Positions 10,287 to 18,856 of a stretch of 64,000 bases of DNA are shown here, in pieces. The notes under the pieces are model-generated. The model was not told the origin of the DNA, did no database searches, and saw only the letters and a list, made by a program, of their open reading frames with translations. A program made the translations under genes and the position numbers. Source of the stretch: Bacilli bacterium (GTDB lineage Bacteria; Bacillota_I; Bacilli_A; RFN20; CAG-826); contig JAKVOO010000001.1 of NCBI GenBank assembly GCA_022482735.1, positions 1,222,837 to 1,286,836 on the forward strand, in the 5' to 3' direction. The number at the start of each line of letters is the position of its first letter. Position 1 is the stretch's first letter.

Positions 10287-11402
10287 ATGAGGATGGAATT
10301 TAAAGATAAAGTTAAAGCCGCAAGACTAAAAGCTTTCATGAGTCAGGAAATGTTTGCTAAGGAAATTGGATTAGCTTTCTCAACTGTGAACAGGTGGGAA
10401 AATGGCTTAGAGGTCGATTACTATTACCTAAGAAATACCCAAGGTGATATCGCTTCAATTATTGATCGAAATTGTATTGAAGTAGCAAGATATACATATG
10501 ATGCCTGGGGTAATCATGTAGTAAATAATTTAACTGAAGACAATATCGGTGATATCAATCCATTTAGATATCGTGGATATTACTTTGATCAAGAGACTGG
10601 ACTATACTATCTAAATGCAAGATATTATGATCCCGAAACAGGAAGATTTATCAGTCAAGATAACATCAGTTATTTAGAACCGGAAATGATTAATGGTTTG
10701 AACTTGTATGCTTATTGTGGAAATAATTCTGTTATGAATGTTGATCGAAATGGTACCTCTTGGTGGAATCCATTCACTTGGGATGCTAAAACATGGAATA
10801 TTATTGGTGCGATTGCGACTGTTGCCGTTATTGCTGTAGCTGTTGCAGCAACTGCTGCACTTGCTATCGCTACTGGAGGTATTGCTGGTGCAGCTATAAT
10901 GTTCATTGCAATTAGTACGGGTTTTGGTACAGCAATTGGTGGAGCTTCTGCAATTGCCAACGGAACAAGCATAACTGCTGGTGTTTTAACAGGGGCATTT
11001 AAAGGAGCAGCAACTGGTGCAGCAGTTGGTTTGGGTATAATGACTGGTGGCGGTGCCTTTTCGGTTATGGGAGGTGTGGCAGCATTTGGTGGTGCACTCG
11101 GTATTAATTTTGCAACTGGTATGTTAAATTATACTATTGATAATAGTTTAAATAATCGTGGTTTAAATTGGGGCGATGCTTTAGGAAGCGGCAGTATGCA
11201 AATGTTATCTGGAGCAGCTGCATTTGCTTCTGGATTATTAATTGGTGCTTCTGGATTCTACAATGTTCTAGGTACAACAAAGATGTTTTCTGGTCAATGG
11301 TTTGGAAACATCGCTGTTGGACAACTATTTAAAGGTATAATATACTATCCTCTTAACTTCGTATTCTCTATGTTGCAAAGAAATAATTTTAGTGGGAGTT
11401 AA
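10287..11402 (+). CDS. Chimeric ORF: XRE-family HTH N-terminus fused in frame to an rhs core-end fragment plus glycine-zipper toxin tip (orphan module 3)
   Basis: N-terminus MEFKDKVKAARLKAFMSQEMFAKEIGLAFSTVNRWENG is a Cro/C1-type HTH. It is followed directly by VDYYYLRNTQGDIASII...RYTYDAWGNHVV...NNSVMNVDRNGTSWW, collinear with the main RHS core, then a Gly/Ala-rich hydrophobic tip. Confidence 0.55.
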   Translation: MRMEFKDKVKAARLKAFMSQEMFAKEIGLAFSTVNRWENGLEVDYYYLRNTQGDIASIIDRNCIEVARYTYDAWGNHVVNNLTEDNIGDINPFRYRGYYFDQETGLYYLNARYYDPETGRFISQDNISYLEPEMINGLNLYAYCGNNSVMNVDRNGTSWWNPFTWDAKTWNIIGAIATVAVIAVAVAATAALAIATGGIAGAAIMFIAISTGFGTAIGGASAIANGTSITAGVLTGAFKGAATGAAVGLGIMTGGGAFSVMGGVAAFGGALGINFATGMLNYTIDNSLNNRGLNWGDALGSGSMQMLSGAAAFASGLLIGASGFYNVLGTTKMFSGQWFGNIAVGQLFKGIIYYPLNFVFSMLQRNNFSGS

Positions 11403-11405
11403 TCA

Positions 11406-11930
11406 ATGGAAAAAATTAAATTACAATCGAATAGGAAATGGATATTTATAACTATATTACCTGGTGCAATTATTATATTAGCGGTCATTTTATTAATATT
11501 GGTAATGCTAATAGTTGATTTTGAAACAACTCGGAACCTTGGCATACCGATTGTATTACTTTACATACTGATTCCAGCAGAATGTGTCTATATCGCAATA
11601 CTTTTAGTAACAAAGTATAAAAAAGGTATGAGTTATGTATTTTATGCTGATAGAATTGAAATATACAAAAAAAATATATTTCAATATGCAATTAATGTTT
11701 CAGATATTGACACAATGAACTATTATCCGTTCAGATTTCATTATATACTAACAATATATGCAGGTGCTTTGCCAGAAGGTGGAGCTTGGAAAATTCATAT
11801 TGCAACGAGTGATCATGAAAAACATTCCTTAGGTTATATCAGTCAACACGATGCTAGAAAGATTAAAGAAATATACCCACATCTGATGAAGATTATGTAC
11901 GACAAGAAAGATCAAACTACTAATGATTAG
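11406..11930 (+). CDS. Putative immunity protein, membrane (2 TM then soluble domain)
   Basis: Starts 4 nt after the chimera stop. Hydrophobic N-terminus. Confidence 0.4.
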   Translation: MEKIKLQSNRKWIFITILPGAIIILAVILLILVMLIVDFETTRNLGIPIVLLYILIPAECVYIAILLVTKYKKGMSYVFYADRIEIYKKNIFQYAINVSDIDTMNYYPFRFHYILTIYAGALPEGGAWKIHIATSDHEKHSLGYISQHDARKIKEIYPHLMKIMYDKKDQTTND

Positions 11931-11983
11931 AGTATTAGATATTTTCTATCAATGCTTTTATAAAGATTACCGAACAAGTATAT

Positions 11984-12166
11984 TTGACAGATTTCAAACC
12001 ACAAGTTGAATTTATAAAAAATTTATTAGACTATTTATCTGATGATATGCAATGCGAAATAATTGTAAAAAGCGGAATGGCAACAAATGATTTAAAGCAG
12101 TATCATTTAGCGAATGATATTTATAACAGAAGCAAAGAATTGTCACGCCTAATCTTGATTAAATAG
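11984..12166 (+). pseudogene. Remnant of an immunity-type gene
   Basis: Its C-terminus ...NDIYNRSKELSRLILIK resembles the C-terminus ...KDIFNKSNELLKLINT of the 9561..10046 protein. Only ~60 codons are open. Confidence 0.3.
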
Positions 12167-12474
12167 AAATTCGATAATAATAAAACAATAAAAATTTTAA
12201 TTTTTTAGATAGGGTTTTTGAATAAATTCTTTCTTTTTTATTAAAATAAATTTTTTGATAGCCAGAAGTCGCTGATATGTGTAGAGTTGTAAATGATGTG
12301 AGACCAATTTTTTTAGGGAAAGAAGACTGATTTGCTAATATCATTTAGGCAAATATTTCTTTAATTATTAATTATTCTCTTTTTTTTAAAGGCGTGATTC
12401 ATTCAAGCGAAGAACTGCAGATATTGTTCAATTGGATTAATTTTTCCTTCTTTTTGTTTTACTAAACTTAATGA

Positions 12475-12503
12475 TTGCAATATCGACTTTTACAAGTTAT
12501 AAT
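12475..12503 (+). promoter_or_regulatory. Sigma-A type promoter for rpmG-secE-nusG
   Basis: TTGCAA, 17-nt spacer, TATAAT. Confidence 0.5.
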
Positions 12504-12541
12504 TCTATCGATAAAATTATTACATAAGGATGTGATTTTAG

Positions 12542-12694
12542 GTGCGGGAAAAGGTTCTTTTAATTTGCTCAGAATGTCTATCACGAAACTATACAACCAC
12601 ACGGCGGAAAGACGCCAGCGTAACAGAGCGTCTTGAGTTAAAAAAATTTTGTCCAAAATGCAACAAGATGACGATCCATAAGGAAAGCCGCTAG
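12542..12694 (+). CDS. rpmG: 50S ribosomal protein L33
   Basis: GTG-initiated 50-codon [53 protein letters not shown] (Cys-x2-Cys zinc ribbon), immediately upstream of secE-nusG. Below the ORF-track length cutoff. Confidence 0.75.
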   Translation: MREKVLLICSECLSRNYTTTRRKDASVTERLELKKFCPKCNKMTIHKESR

Positions 12695-12703
12695 GAGGAT
12701 ATT

Positions 12704-12904
12704 ATGTCAGCAAAGAAATATTTTGGCGAAGTCGTCAAAGAAGGAAAAAGAGTTCGGTGGCCCAAGCGGGAAACGATTATTCCTCTTATTGTCGTGGTTG
12801 TTATTATCACGGCGATTTCGGCCTTGATTTTAAATTTAGAGGACTTGGCGGCGGCGCGCTTATTAGGCGCGGTCGAAGATGCCTTTAAAGCGATCAAAGG
12901 ATAG
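12704..12904 (+). CDS. secE: Preprotein translocase subunit SecE
   Basis: 66 aa with a single TM. RBS AGGAGG. Position between rpmG and nusG. Confidence 0.8.
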   Translation: MSAKKYFGEVVKEGKRVRWPKRETIIPLIVVVVIITAISALILNLEDLAAARLLGAVEDAFKAIKG

Positions 12905-12914
12905 GGAGTTCTAA

Positions 12915-13469
12915 ATGGAAAATAATGAAAAAGATGTTCAATGGTATGTTGTTAATACCTATTCTGGACACGAGAATACAGTTAAACTAAATCTTCTACG
13001 GCGTGCTGATTCGATGAATTTGCATGATTTTGTCTTTCGGGTCATTGTCGCAGAAATTGAAGTTGATGTTCTTAAAGATGGTCTCCCCACGGGTAAGAAA
13101 AAGATGAAGAATCTTTATCCCGGTTATGTCTTTATTGAAATGATTATGTCGGATGAGGCATGGTATATGGTGCGTAATACCCCAGGCGTCACCGGATTCG
13201 TCGGCTCCAGTGGCGGCGGCACCAAGCCATTCCCGGTTCCCCGCGAGCAGATTGAACCGATTCTGAAACGGATGGGTGAAATTGATGCGAGTATGTATGA
13301 CCGGTACACGGTTGGAGACTTTGTTAAGGTTATCCATGGATCTTTTGAAGGAACGGAAGGAAGAATTACTTCCATTGATAAAGATACGGGCAACGTTAAA
13401 CTTGAAGCCGTCTTCTTTGGCCGGCCGACGGTTCTCGAAGTTGAATTCGCGCAAATAGAGAAGATTTAA
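12915..13469 (+). CDS. nusG: Transcription termination/antitermination factor NusG
   Basis: NGN plus KOW domain sequence. Conserved synteny. Confidence 0.95.
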   Translation: MENNEKDVQWYVVNTYSGHENTVKLNLLRRADSMNLHDFVFRVIVAEIEVDVLKDGLPTGKKKMKNLYPGYVFIEMIMSDEAWYMVRNTPGVTGFVGSSGGGTKPFPVPREQIEPILKRMGEIDASMYDRYTVGDFVKVIHGSFEGTEGRITSIDKDTGNVKLEAVFFGRPTVLEVEFAQIEKI

Positions 13470-13473
13470 AAAT

Positions 13474-13503
13474 TATTCCCACGTAAAAGTGGGAATTTTT
13501 TTG
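13474..13503 (+). terminator. Rho-independent terminator after nusG
   Basis: ttcccacgtaaaagtgggaa hairpin plus T7. Confidence 0.7.
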
Positions 13504-13561
13504 TTGACAATATGAATGCCCGTTCATATAATGTAGACGATATATGAATGAATATTCATAT
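13504..13561 (+). promoter_or_regulatory. Consensus promoter (TTGACA-17-TATAAT) with two ArsR/SmtB-type 12-2-12-like inverted repeats
   Basis: TTGACA at 13504-09 and TATAAT at 13527-32. Inverted repeat ATATGAATgcccgTTCATAT lies inside the spacer (13510-29). A second repeat ATATGAATGAATATTCATAT lies at 13542-61, just upstream of the arsR-family gene. Confidence 0.6.
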
Positions 13562-13575
13562 TTAGGAGATGCGCT

Positions 13576-13875
13576 ATGACAAGAAAAATATTGCCTACCG
13601 AGGATGTATTAGAAAAGATGGAACATTTATTGAGCATCACCGCGGATTATACGCGATTAAAAATTTTGTGTGCCTTGCTGGACGGCCCCAAATATGTCGG
13701 AGAATTGCAAAGCATTGCCGATGCTTCCCAATCTCTTATTTCGCATCAACTGAAGGTATTAAAAGACGCCTCGCTGGTAAAGAATGAACGTGCAGGCAAT
13801 CATGTAAGTTATTCGTTGAGTGATGACCATGTCGCTTCACTCTTGTCAGTGGTTTTTGATCACGCATCCGAGTAG
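13576..13875 (+). CDS. ArsR/SmtB-family metal-responsive repressor (CzrA/CadC-like)
   Basis: 99 aa with a winged HTH (ELQSIADASQSLISHQLKVLKDASLV). Precedes a heavy-metal ATPase. Confidence 0.85.
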   Translation: MTRKILPTEDVLEKMEHLLSITADYTRLKILCALLDGPKYVGELQSIADASQSLISHQLKVLKDASLVKNERAGNHVSYSLSDDHVASLLSVVFDHASE

Positions 13876-13885
13876 AGGTTTGAAT

Positions 13886-16000
13886 ATGAAAAAACTATAT
13901 GATATTAAAGGCTTTGATTGCGCCAATTGCGCATTAAAAGTATCTCGTCATTTAAGTAGTGACCCCAAGATTAAAAGCGCTAGCATCGACTTTGTAAACG
14001 AAAAACTATATGTTGATTACCAAAAAGATGAACTTTCGATTGAGGAATTAAAACGGAAGGCCGCCGAAGTAGAAAGCGACCCGTTAGAAATACGCGAGCA
14101 CCGAAACTCGCAAGTGGCTAAGACCCCCATTTTAACAAGGGCAATTAAAATAAAAATATTGCGCATTATCATTAGTGCGGTTTTGCTTGGCTTAGTCTAC
14201 TTTTTTGATCGATATCCGCTCTTAACAACTGCGATGAACGAAGCACTAATCATCGCCGTTTCAATTATTAGTTATTTGCTCATTAGTTACGATATATTAT
14301 TTAAAGCGGGAAGAAATCTATTTACAGGACGAAGCGTTTTTGATGAAACGGTTTTGATGAGTGTGGCGACTTTGGGAGCATTTGCCATTCAAAGTTATGA
14401 AGAGGCAGTCTTGGTAATGCTTCTTTTTCAAATCGGTGAAATTTTTGAGGATATATCAATTGAAAAATCTCGTCGATCAATTGTTGCCGCCCTAGATTTA
14501 AGGAGTGATATCGCCCATGTATATCGCAATGATGAATATATGGATGTCGATCCTTCAATATTGGTAAAAGGTGATGTTATCATGGTGCGCGTTGGGGAGA
14601 TTATTCCGGTAGATTCGACGGTAATAAGCGGAACTGGATCATTAGATACATCGTCATTAACTGGCGAATTTTTACCTCAAGGCGTGGTTGCGGGGGATGT
14701 CGCTTTAAGTGGGACAGTTGTGACGGATGGCATTCTGATTTTAAAAGTCGAAAAAGCCTATCAAGAGTCGACAATTAGCAAAATAATTGAGCTAGTTACA
14801 ACTTCGGGAGAACATAAAGCCAAAGCTGAAAAATTTATCGCTCGCTTTTCTCGTTTTTATACTCCAATTGTAATGGCCTTAGCTCTTTTGGTGGCAATTA
14901 TTCCTCCCCTTTTTAATGGTGATTGGCGCGGAAGTGCCTACACGGCTTTAACTTTTCTTGTCGTATCTTGCCCTTGCGCCATCGTAATATCGGTTCCGCT
15001 TGCTTTTTTTACAGGAATTGGATTGGCAAGCAAAAAAGGCATTGTGATAAAGGGAGCCAATTATCTTGATCGACTCAATGAGGTTAAAACAATAATTTAT
15101 GACAAGACGGGGACTTTAACTACTGGAGAATTTTCTGTTACTAGCTTTTATTTTGTTAAAAGCGATGAACAAATTGCTCGGCAATTATTGGTATCTCTTG
15201 AATCGCTGAGCGGACATCCATTAGCAAAAGCCATAACTGGACATTTCAAAGATATTGAAATCTTAAATGTTGACCAGTTTCATGAGGAGACTGGCCGGGG
15301 ATTAAGGGCGTTATATGATGGGAAAGAAGTTTTAGTGGGCAATAGTCAGTTTTTAAAAAGCAACCATATTACTCTCGGCGAGACCATTCAAAGTGGAGTT
15401 GTTGTGTATGTTGCTTATGATAAACGGGTCATTGGCCGAGTAGAACTTAACGATACAATTAAACCGGGAGTCGCCGATATGGTTAGTAAATTGCATCGCG
15501 AGCATGTCCGTTTAGAAATGTTAACGGGCGATCGCGAAAGTAATGCGGCGCATATCAGTCAAAAAATTGGTATTGATGAATATCATGCTGAACTACTTCC
15601 TCAAGATAAAATTCGCTACCTTGATGAAAAACTGGCTGGATCTAATTCAAAGCAAGCTGTGGCTTTTATTGGCGATGGAGTTAATGATGCCCCATCCATT
15701 GCAAAGGCCGATATAGGAATTGCAATGGGAGGAATTGGCAGTGATATTGCTGTCAGCAGCGCAGATGCTGTGATTATGAACGATGATCCACGGAAGGTGG
15801 CCACAGCGATAAAAATAGCCCGCATTACCCGGCGAAGGGCAATAAGCAACATCGTCATTGCCCTAATTGTTAAAATTAGCGTTATGGTGCTAGCCTATTT
15901 CAATTTGGCTCCGATGTGGCTCGCCGTACTTAGCGATTCGGGATTAGCAATTCTTCTTGTTATAAATTCTCTGTTACTAATAAAAGCAAAAGTGGAATAA
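13886..16000 (+). CDS. Heavy-metal (Cd/Zn-type) translocating P1B-type ATPase
   Basis: N-terminal HMA domain (GFDCANCA), CPC transmembrane motif (SCPCAIV), DKTGTLT phosphorylation motif, GDGVNDAP hinge. ATG at 13886 with RBS; the ORF-track start 13820 is likely too early. Confidence 0.9.
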   Translation: MKKLYDIKGFDCANCALKVSRHLSSDPKIKSASIDFVNEKLYVDYQKDELSIEELKRKAAEVESDPLEIREHRNSQVAKTPILTRAIKIKILRIIISAVLLGLVYFFDRYPLLTTAMNEALIIAVSIISYLLISYDILFKAGRNLFTGRSVFDETVLMSVATLGAFAIQSYEEAVLVMLLFQIGEIFEDISIEKSRRSIVAALDLRSDIAHVYRNDEYMDVDPSILVKGDVIMVRVGEIIPVDSTVISGTGSLDTSSLTGEFLPQGVVAGDVALSGTVVTDGILILKVEKAYQESTISKIIELVTTSGEHKAKAEKFIARFSRFYTPIVMALALLVAIIPPLFNGDWRGSAYTALTFLVVSCPCAIVISVPLAFFTGIGLASKKGIVIKGANYLDRLNEVKTIIYDKTGTLTTGEFSVTSFYFVKSDEQIARQLLVSLESLSGHPLAKAITGHFKDIEILNVDQFHEETGRGLRALYDGKEVLVGNSQFLKSNHITLGETIQSGVVVYVAYDKRVIGRVELNDTIKPGVADMVSKLHREHVRLEMLTGDRESNAAHISQKIGIDEYHAELLPQDKIRYLDEKLAGSNSKQAVAFIGDGVNDAPSIAKADIGIAMGGIGSDIAVSSADAVIMNDDPRKVATAIKIARITRRRAISNIVIALIVKISVMVLAYFNLAPMWLAVLSDSGLAILLVINSLLLIKAKVE

Positions 16001-16038
16001 AAAAACCGCGATGGAAGTTTTCTTGCCATCGCGGTTTT
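16001..16038. terminator. Bidirectional rho-independent terminator between convergent metal-ATPase and ktrA-like genes
   Basis: aaccgcgatgg...ccatcgcggtt hairpin flanked by A-run and T-run. Confidence 0.7.
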
Positions 16039-16040
16039 AC

Positions 16041-16736
16041 TTAATTGCCGGCGTGTTCGATTGGTTCTTTGTTAATAAAATTACTGAAATCTTCGATGTC
16101 ACCATTTAATCCAACAACGAATACTATGTCACCGGGATGAATCTTATCGAGCGCTTTCGGGGCGAAAGTTTTGCCTCCGCGCTGAATCAGTATAAGGTTT
16201 ACTCCAAACTCGTTGCGCGGATTTAAAGCTTGAATAGTCACTGGTCGATAATCATTTCTAATAGTGATTTTGACGACTGAATAATCACCAGCAAGGGAAT
16301 AGTAATCGAGAAAGTCGTCGTTTCCTAAACGATTGGCCAGCCCCAGTCCAGCGAGACGTTGAGGGGTAACAACCTCGGTAGCGCCGAGCTTTTTAATAAT
16401 GGGAATGTAGGTTTCATTATCCATCCGTACAATAACATGCTTGATGTTCATACTCACCAGTAAAACAGTAGTAAGAATTGAAGCCACAGTGTTGTCGCCA
16501 TAGCAAACGATGGCATGCGAAACATTTTGAATTTCTAGTTCTCGCAGTGCCTTCTCATTTGTGGAATCACAGACAAAGGCTGTAGGGGTAAGTTCAGAGG
16601 CGATACGAACGGCTTCCTCATCTTTGTCCAAGGCGATGACATCTTTGTTGAGAGAAACTAACTCTTCAACAATAGACATTCCAAATTGACCAAGACCAAT
16701 TACGACGAAAGTTTTCTTTTCATTGCTATTTGTCAT
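16041..16736 (-). CDS. Potassium uptake system, NAD-binding RCK subunit (TrkA/KtrA family)
   Basis: GxGxxG Rossmann motif (VIGLGQFG). Two RCK halves. Adjacent to the TrkH/KtrB-type gene. Confidence 0.85.
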   Translation of the reverse strand: MTNSNEKKTFVVIGLGQFGMSIVEELVSLNKDVIALDKDEEAVRIASELTPTAFVCDSTNEKALRELEIQNVSHAIVCYGDNTVASILTTVLLVSMNIKHVIVRMDNETYIPIIKKLGATEVVTPQRLAGLGLANRLGNDDFLDYYSLAGDYSVVKITIRNDYRPVTIQALNPRNEFGVNLILIQRGGKTFAPKALDKIHPGDIVFVVGLNGDIEDFSNFINKEPIEHAGN

Positions 16737-16744
16737 ATTTCCTC

Positions 16745-18091
16745 CTAGCCGACAATTACGTCAGCTTCTATATTAGCGTAATGTAATTTTTCTTCCCGAT
16801 TCATGGATTCGCTGACGGATGAAATTAAAGTCATCGGTCCAACTCGGCCAAAGAACATTAACGTACATAGCACTATTTTACTACCAGTCGATAGGTAAGG
16901 GGTAATTCCAAAAGAAGTGCCCACTGTTCCAAAGGCGGAGAAGCATTCGAATACAACTGCGGAAAGACCATAAGTCGCATATATATCATTGCTGGGATTG
17001 TTTTGCTCTAGCCGATTCACGACCAATACCCCAATCATAATTGCCATAAAAGCAAAGAAGACAAGGGTTGTAGCCTGAATAAAGTTCTTTTGGGAAAAAG
17101 AGCGTTTAAAAGCTTGAGCTTTTTTACCACGGATAAAACTCCAACCAGTGATGAGAATCACGAACCAAGTGGATGTTTTAGTTCCGCCTCCGGTTGAAAG
17201 AGGAGAAGCACCGATAAACATCAATAAGAGTAAGATCCCTCGAGCGCCAGTGGTAAGTCCGCTAATTTGAACGGTATAAAATCCTGCGGTTCTAGCCACC
17301 ACACTTTGGAATAAAGCGTGATAAAAACTAATACCACCCTCATCTAACAAGAAAACTAAAAGCGCACCACCAAAGGTTAGTATGAATGACATCAAAAGAG
17401 AAATCTTGGTAATTATGCTCCAATTGCGGATGCGCTTCGTTTTTAAAATATCGCCGATAACGAGGAAGCCAATTCCCCCTAAAAATACCAGCATAATTGT
17501 GTTTAATGTCACAATATAATTTCCATAATATGGCATCAATGAAGAATCGCCAATAAGATCAAACCCCGCATTGTTAAAAGAACTAATGGCTTGAAAAATC
17601 GATTTTCCAACGCCGGTCCAAAATCCATATTGAGGAATAAAAACAATCATAAATGGAATTGATCCAATAGCTTCAATTATCAAAGAAATAATCACCATTT
17701 GGCGAATAAAGCGCAGTATGTTGGCATTTTGGCCAACGCTGAAAGCCCGTTTTAGCAAGTAGCGATCAAGGACGGATATTCGTCTTCCAAAAAGTGTAAT
17801 AGTGAAAGCGAAGATTGTAATAAAACCAAGTCCACCTAATTGAATTAAAAGGGCGATAACAACTTTTCCAAAAACTGAAAAGGTGTCAACGAGACTGCTA
17901 TATACATTCAGTCCAGTAACGCATACGGCGCTAGCGGCCGTAAAAAAAGCATCGATAAACTGTGGCATTTCGCGATTTTGATAGGCCCACGGAGTCCATA
18001 AAATAAAACTACCGAGCAAAATGACGAGAGAAAAACTCAATGCCACGGCAAGATATGGAGAAATGTGCAACTTTTTTAAAAGCCGATACAT
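16745..18091 (-). CDS. Potassium uptake membrane subunit (TrkH/KtrB family)
   Basis: 448-aa polytopic protein with repeated pore-loop GxG segments. Forms an operon with the RCK subunit. Confidence 0.85.
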   Translation of the reverse strand: MYRLLKKLHISPYLAVALSFSLVILLGSFILWTPWAYQNREMPQFIDAFFTAASAVCVTGLNVYSSLVDTFSVFGKVVIALLIQLGGLGFITIFAFTITLFGRRISVLDRYLLKRAFSVGQNANILRFIRQMVIISLIIEAIGSIPFMIVFIPQYGFWTGVGKSIFQAISSFNNAGFDLIGDSSLMPYYGNYIVTLNTIMLVFLGGIGFLVIGDILKTKRIRNWSIITKISLLMSFILTFGGALLVFLLDEGGISFYHALFQSVVARTAGFYTVQISGLTTGARGILLLLMFIGASPLSTGGGTKTSTWFVILITGWSFIRGKKAQAFKRSFSQKNFIQATTLVFFAFMAIMIGVLVVNRLEQNNPSNDIYATYGLSAVVFECFSAFGTVGTSFGITPYLSTGSKIVLCTLMFFGRVGPMTLISSVSESMNREEKLHYANIEADVIVG

Positions 18092-18394
18092 AGTATCCTC
18101 AATGAGTTATCAATAACTCTAGCGTGAATATAGCACAAGTCCCCGTAATTGTCTACACGACCGAGTTCGGCTATTATTGACCCTTAAATAGCACTTTTAT
18201 ATAAAATGTTCAATATTTTTTTAGTAAATATAGGAAAAAATGTTGCCTTTAGACTATTAAACATTTATAATACCAAAGCGTAGGTTGGAGGAGTATGGCT
18301 TCTTATAACCTACGGTTTGTTTTGTGGAAGGGTGCACGATTAGCCCTTTGACCACAGCACGGACAACATACTATTTATCAAGGAGGAAAGTCAC

Positions 18395-18808
18395 GTGAGT
18401 AAAAAAATCGCTAAGGTAGTTAAACTAGAACTCATCGGCGGTGAGGCTAAACCAGGACCGAAGCTTGCTTCGGCCGGTATTGTCATGCCCAAGTTCTGTA
18501 CAGATTTTAACGCCAAGACGGGTGACCGGAAAGGTGAAGTGGTTCCGGTTATCATTACTGCCTATGAGGACAAGTCATTCGACTATGTTATCAAGACTTC
18601 ACCGGTTGCTGGATTGCTTTTAAAAGCAGCGGGCATCCAAAAGGGTTCTAGCAACGCTAAAACTCAAGTTGTTGGCCATATTAGCCAAGAACAATTAAAG
18701 AAGATTGCCGAATACAAATTGCCTGATTTAAATTGCGATGATTTGGAAGCGGCGATGAAAGTCGTCGAAGGTTCCGCTCGTAATATGGGCATTGCTGTCG
18801 ATAAATAA
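18395..18808 (+). CDS. rplK: 50S ribosomal protein L11
   Basis: Conserved L11 sequence. GTG start. Confidence 0.95.
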   Translation: MSKKIAKVVKLELIGGEAKPGPKLASAGIVMPKFCTDFNAKTGDRKGEVVPVIITAYEDKSFDYVIKTSPVAGLLLKAAGIQKGSSNAKTQVVGHISQEQLKKIAEYKLPDLNCDDLEAAMKVVEGSARNMGIAVDK

Positions 18809-18856
18809 AACGTGGAAGAGTGGAATGCTCGTTAATACCACCAAGGAGGAAATTTT

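Noticed and set aside
13569-13787. 72-aa ORF overlapping the arsR-family gene in another frame
   Set aside because: The overlapping frame encodes a well-formed winged-HTH protein. The alternative frame has no support.
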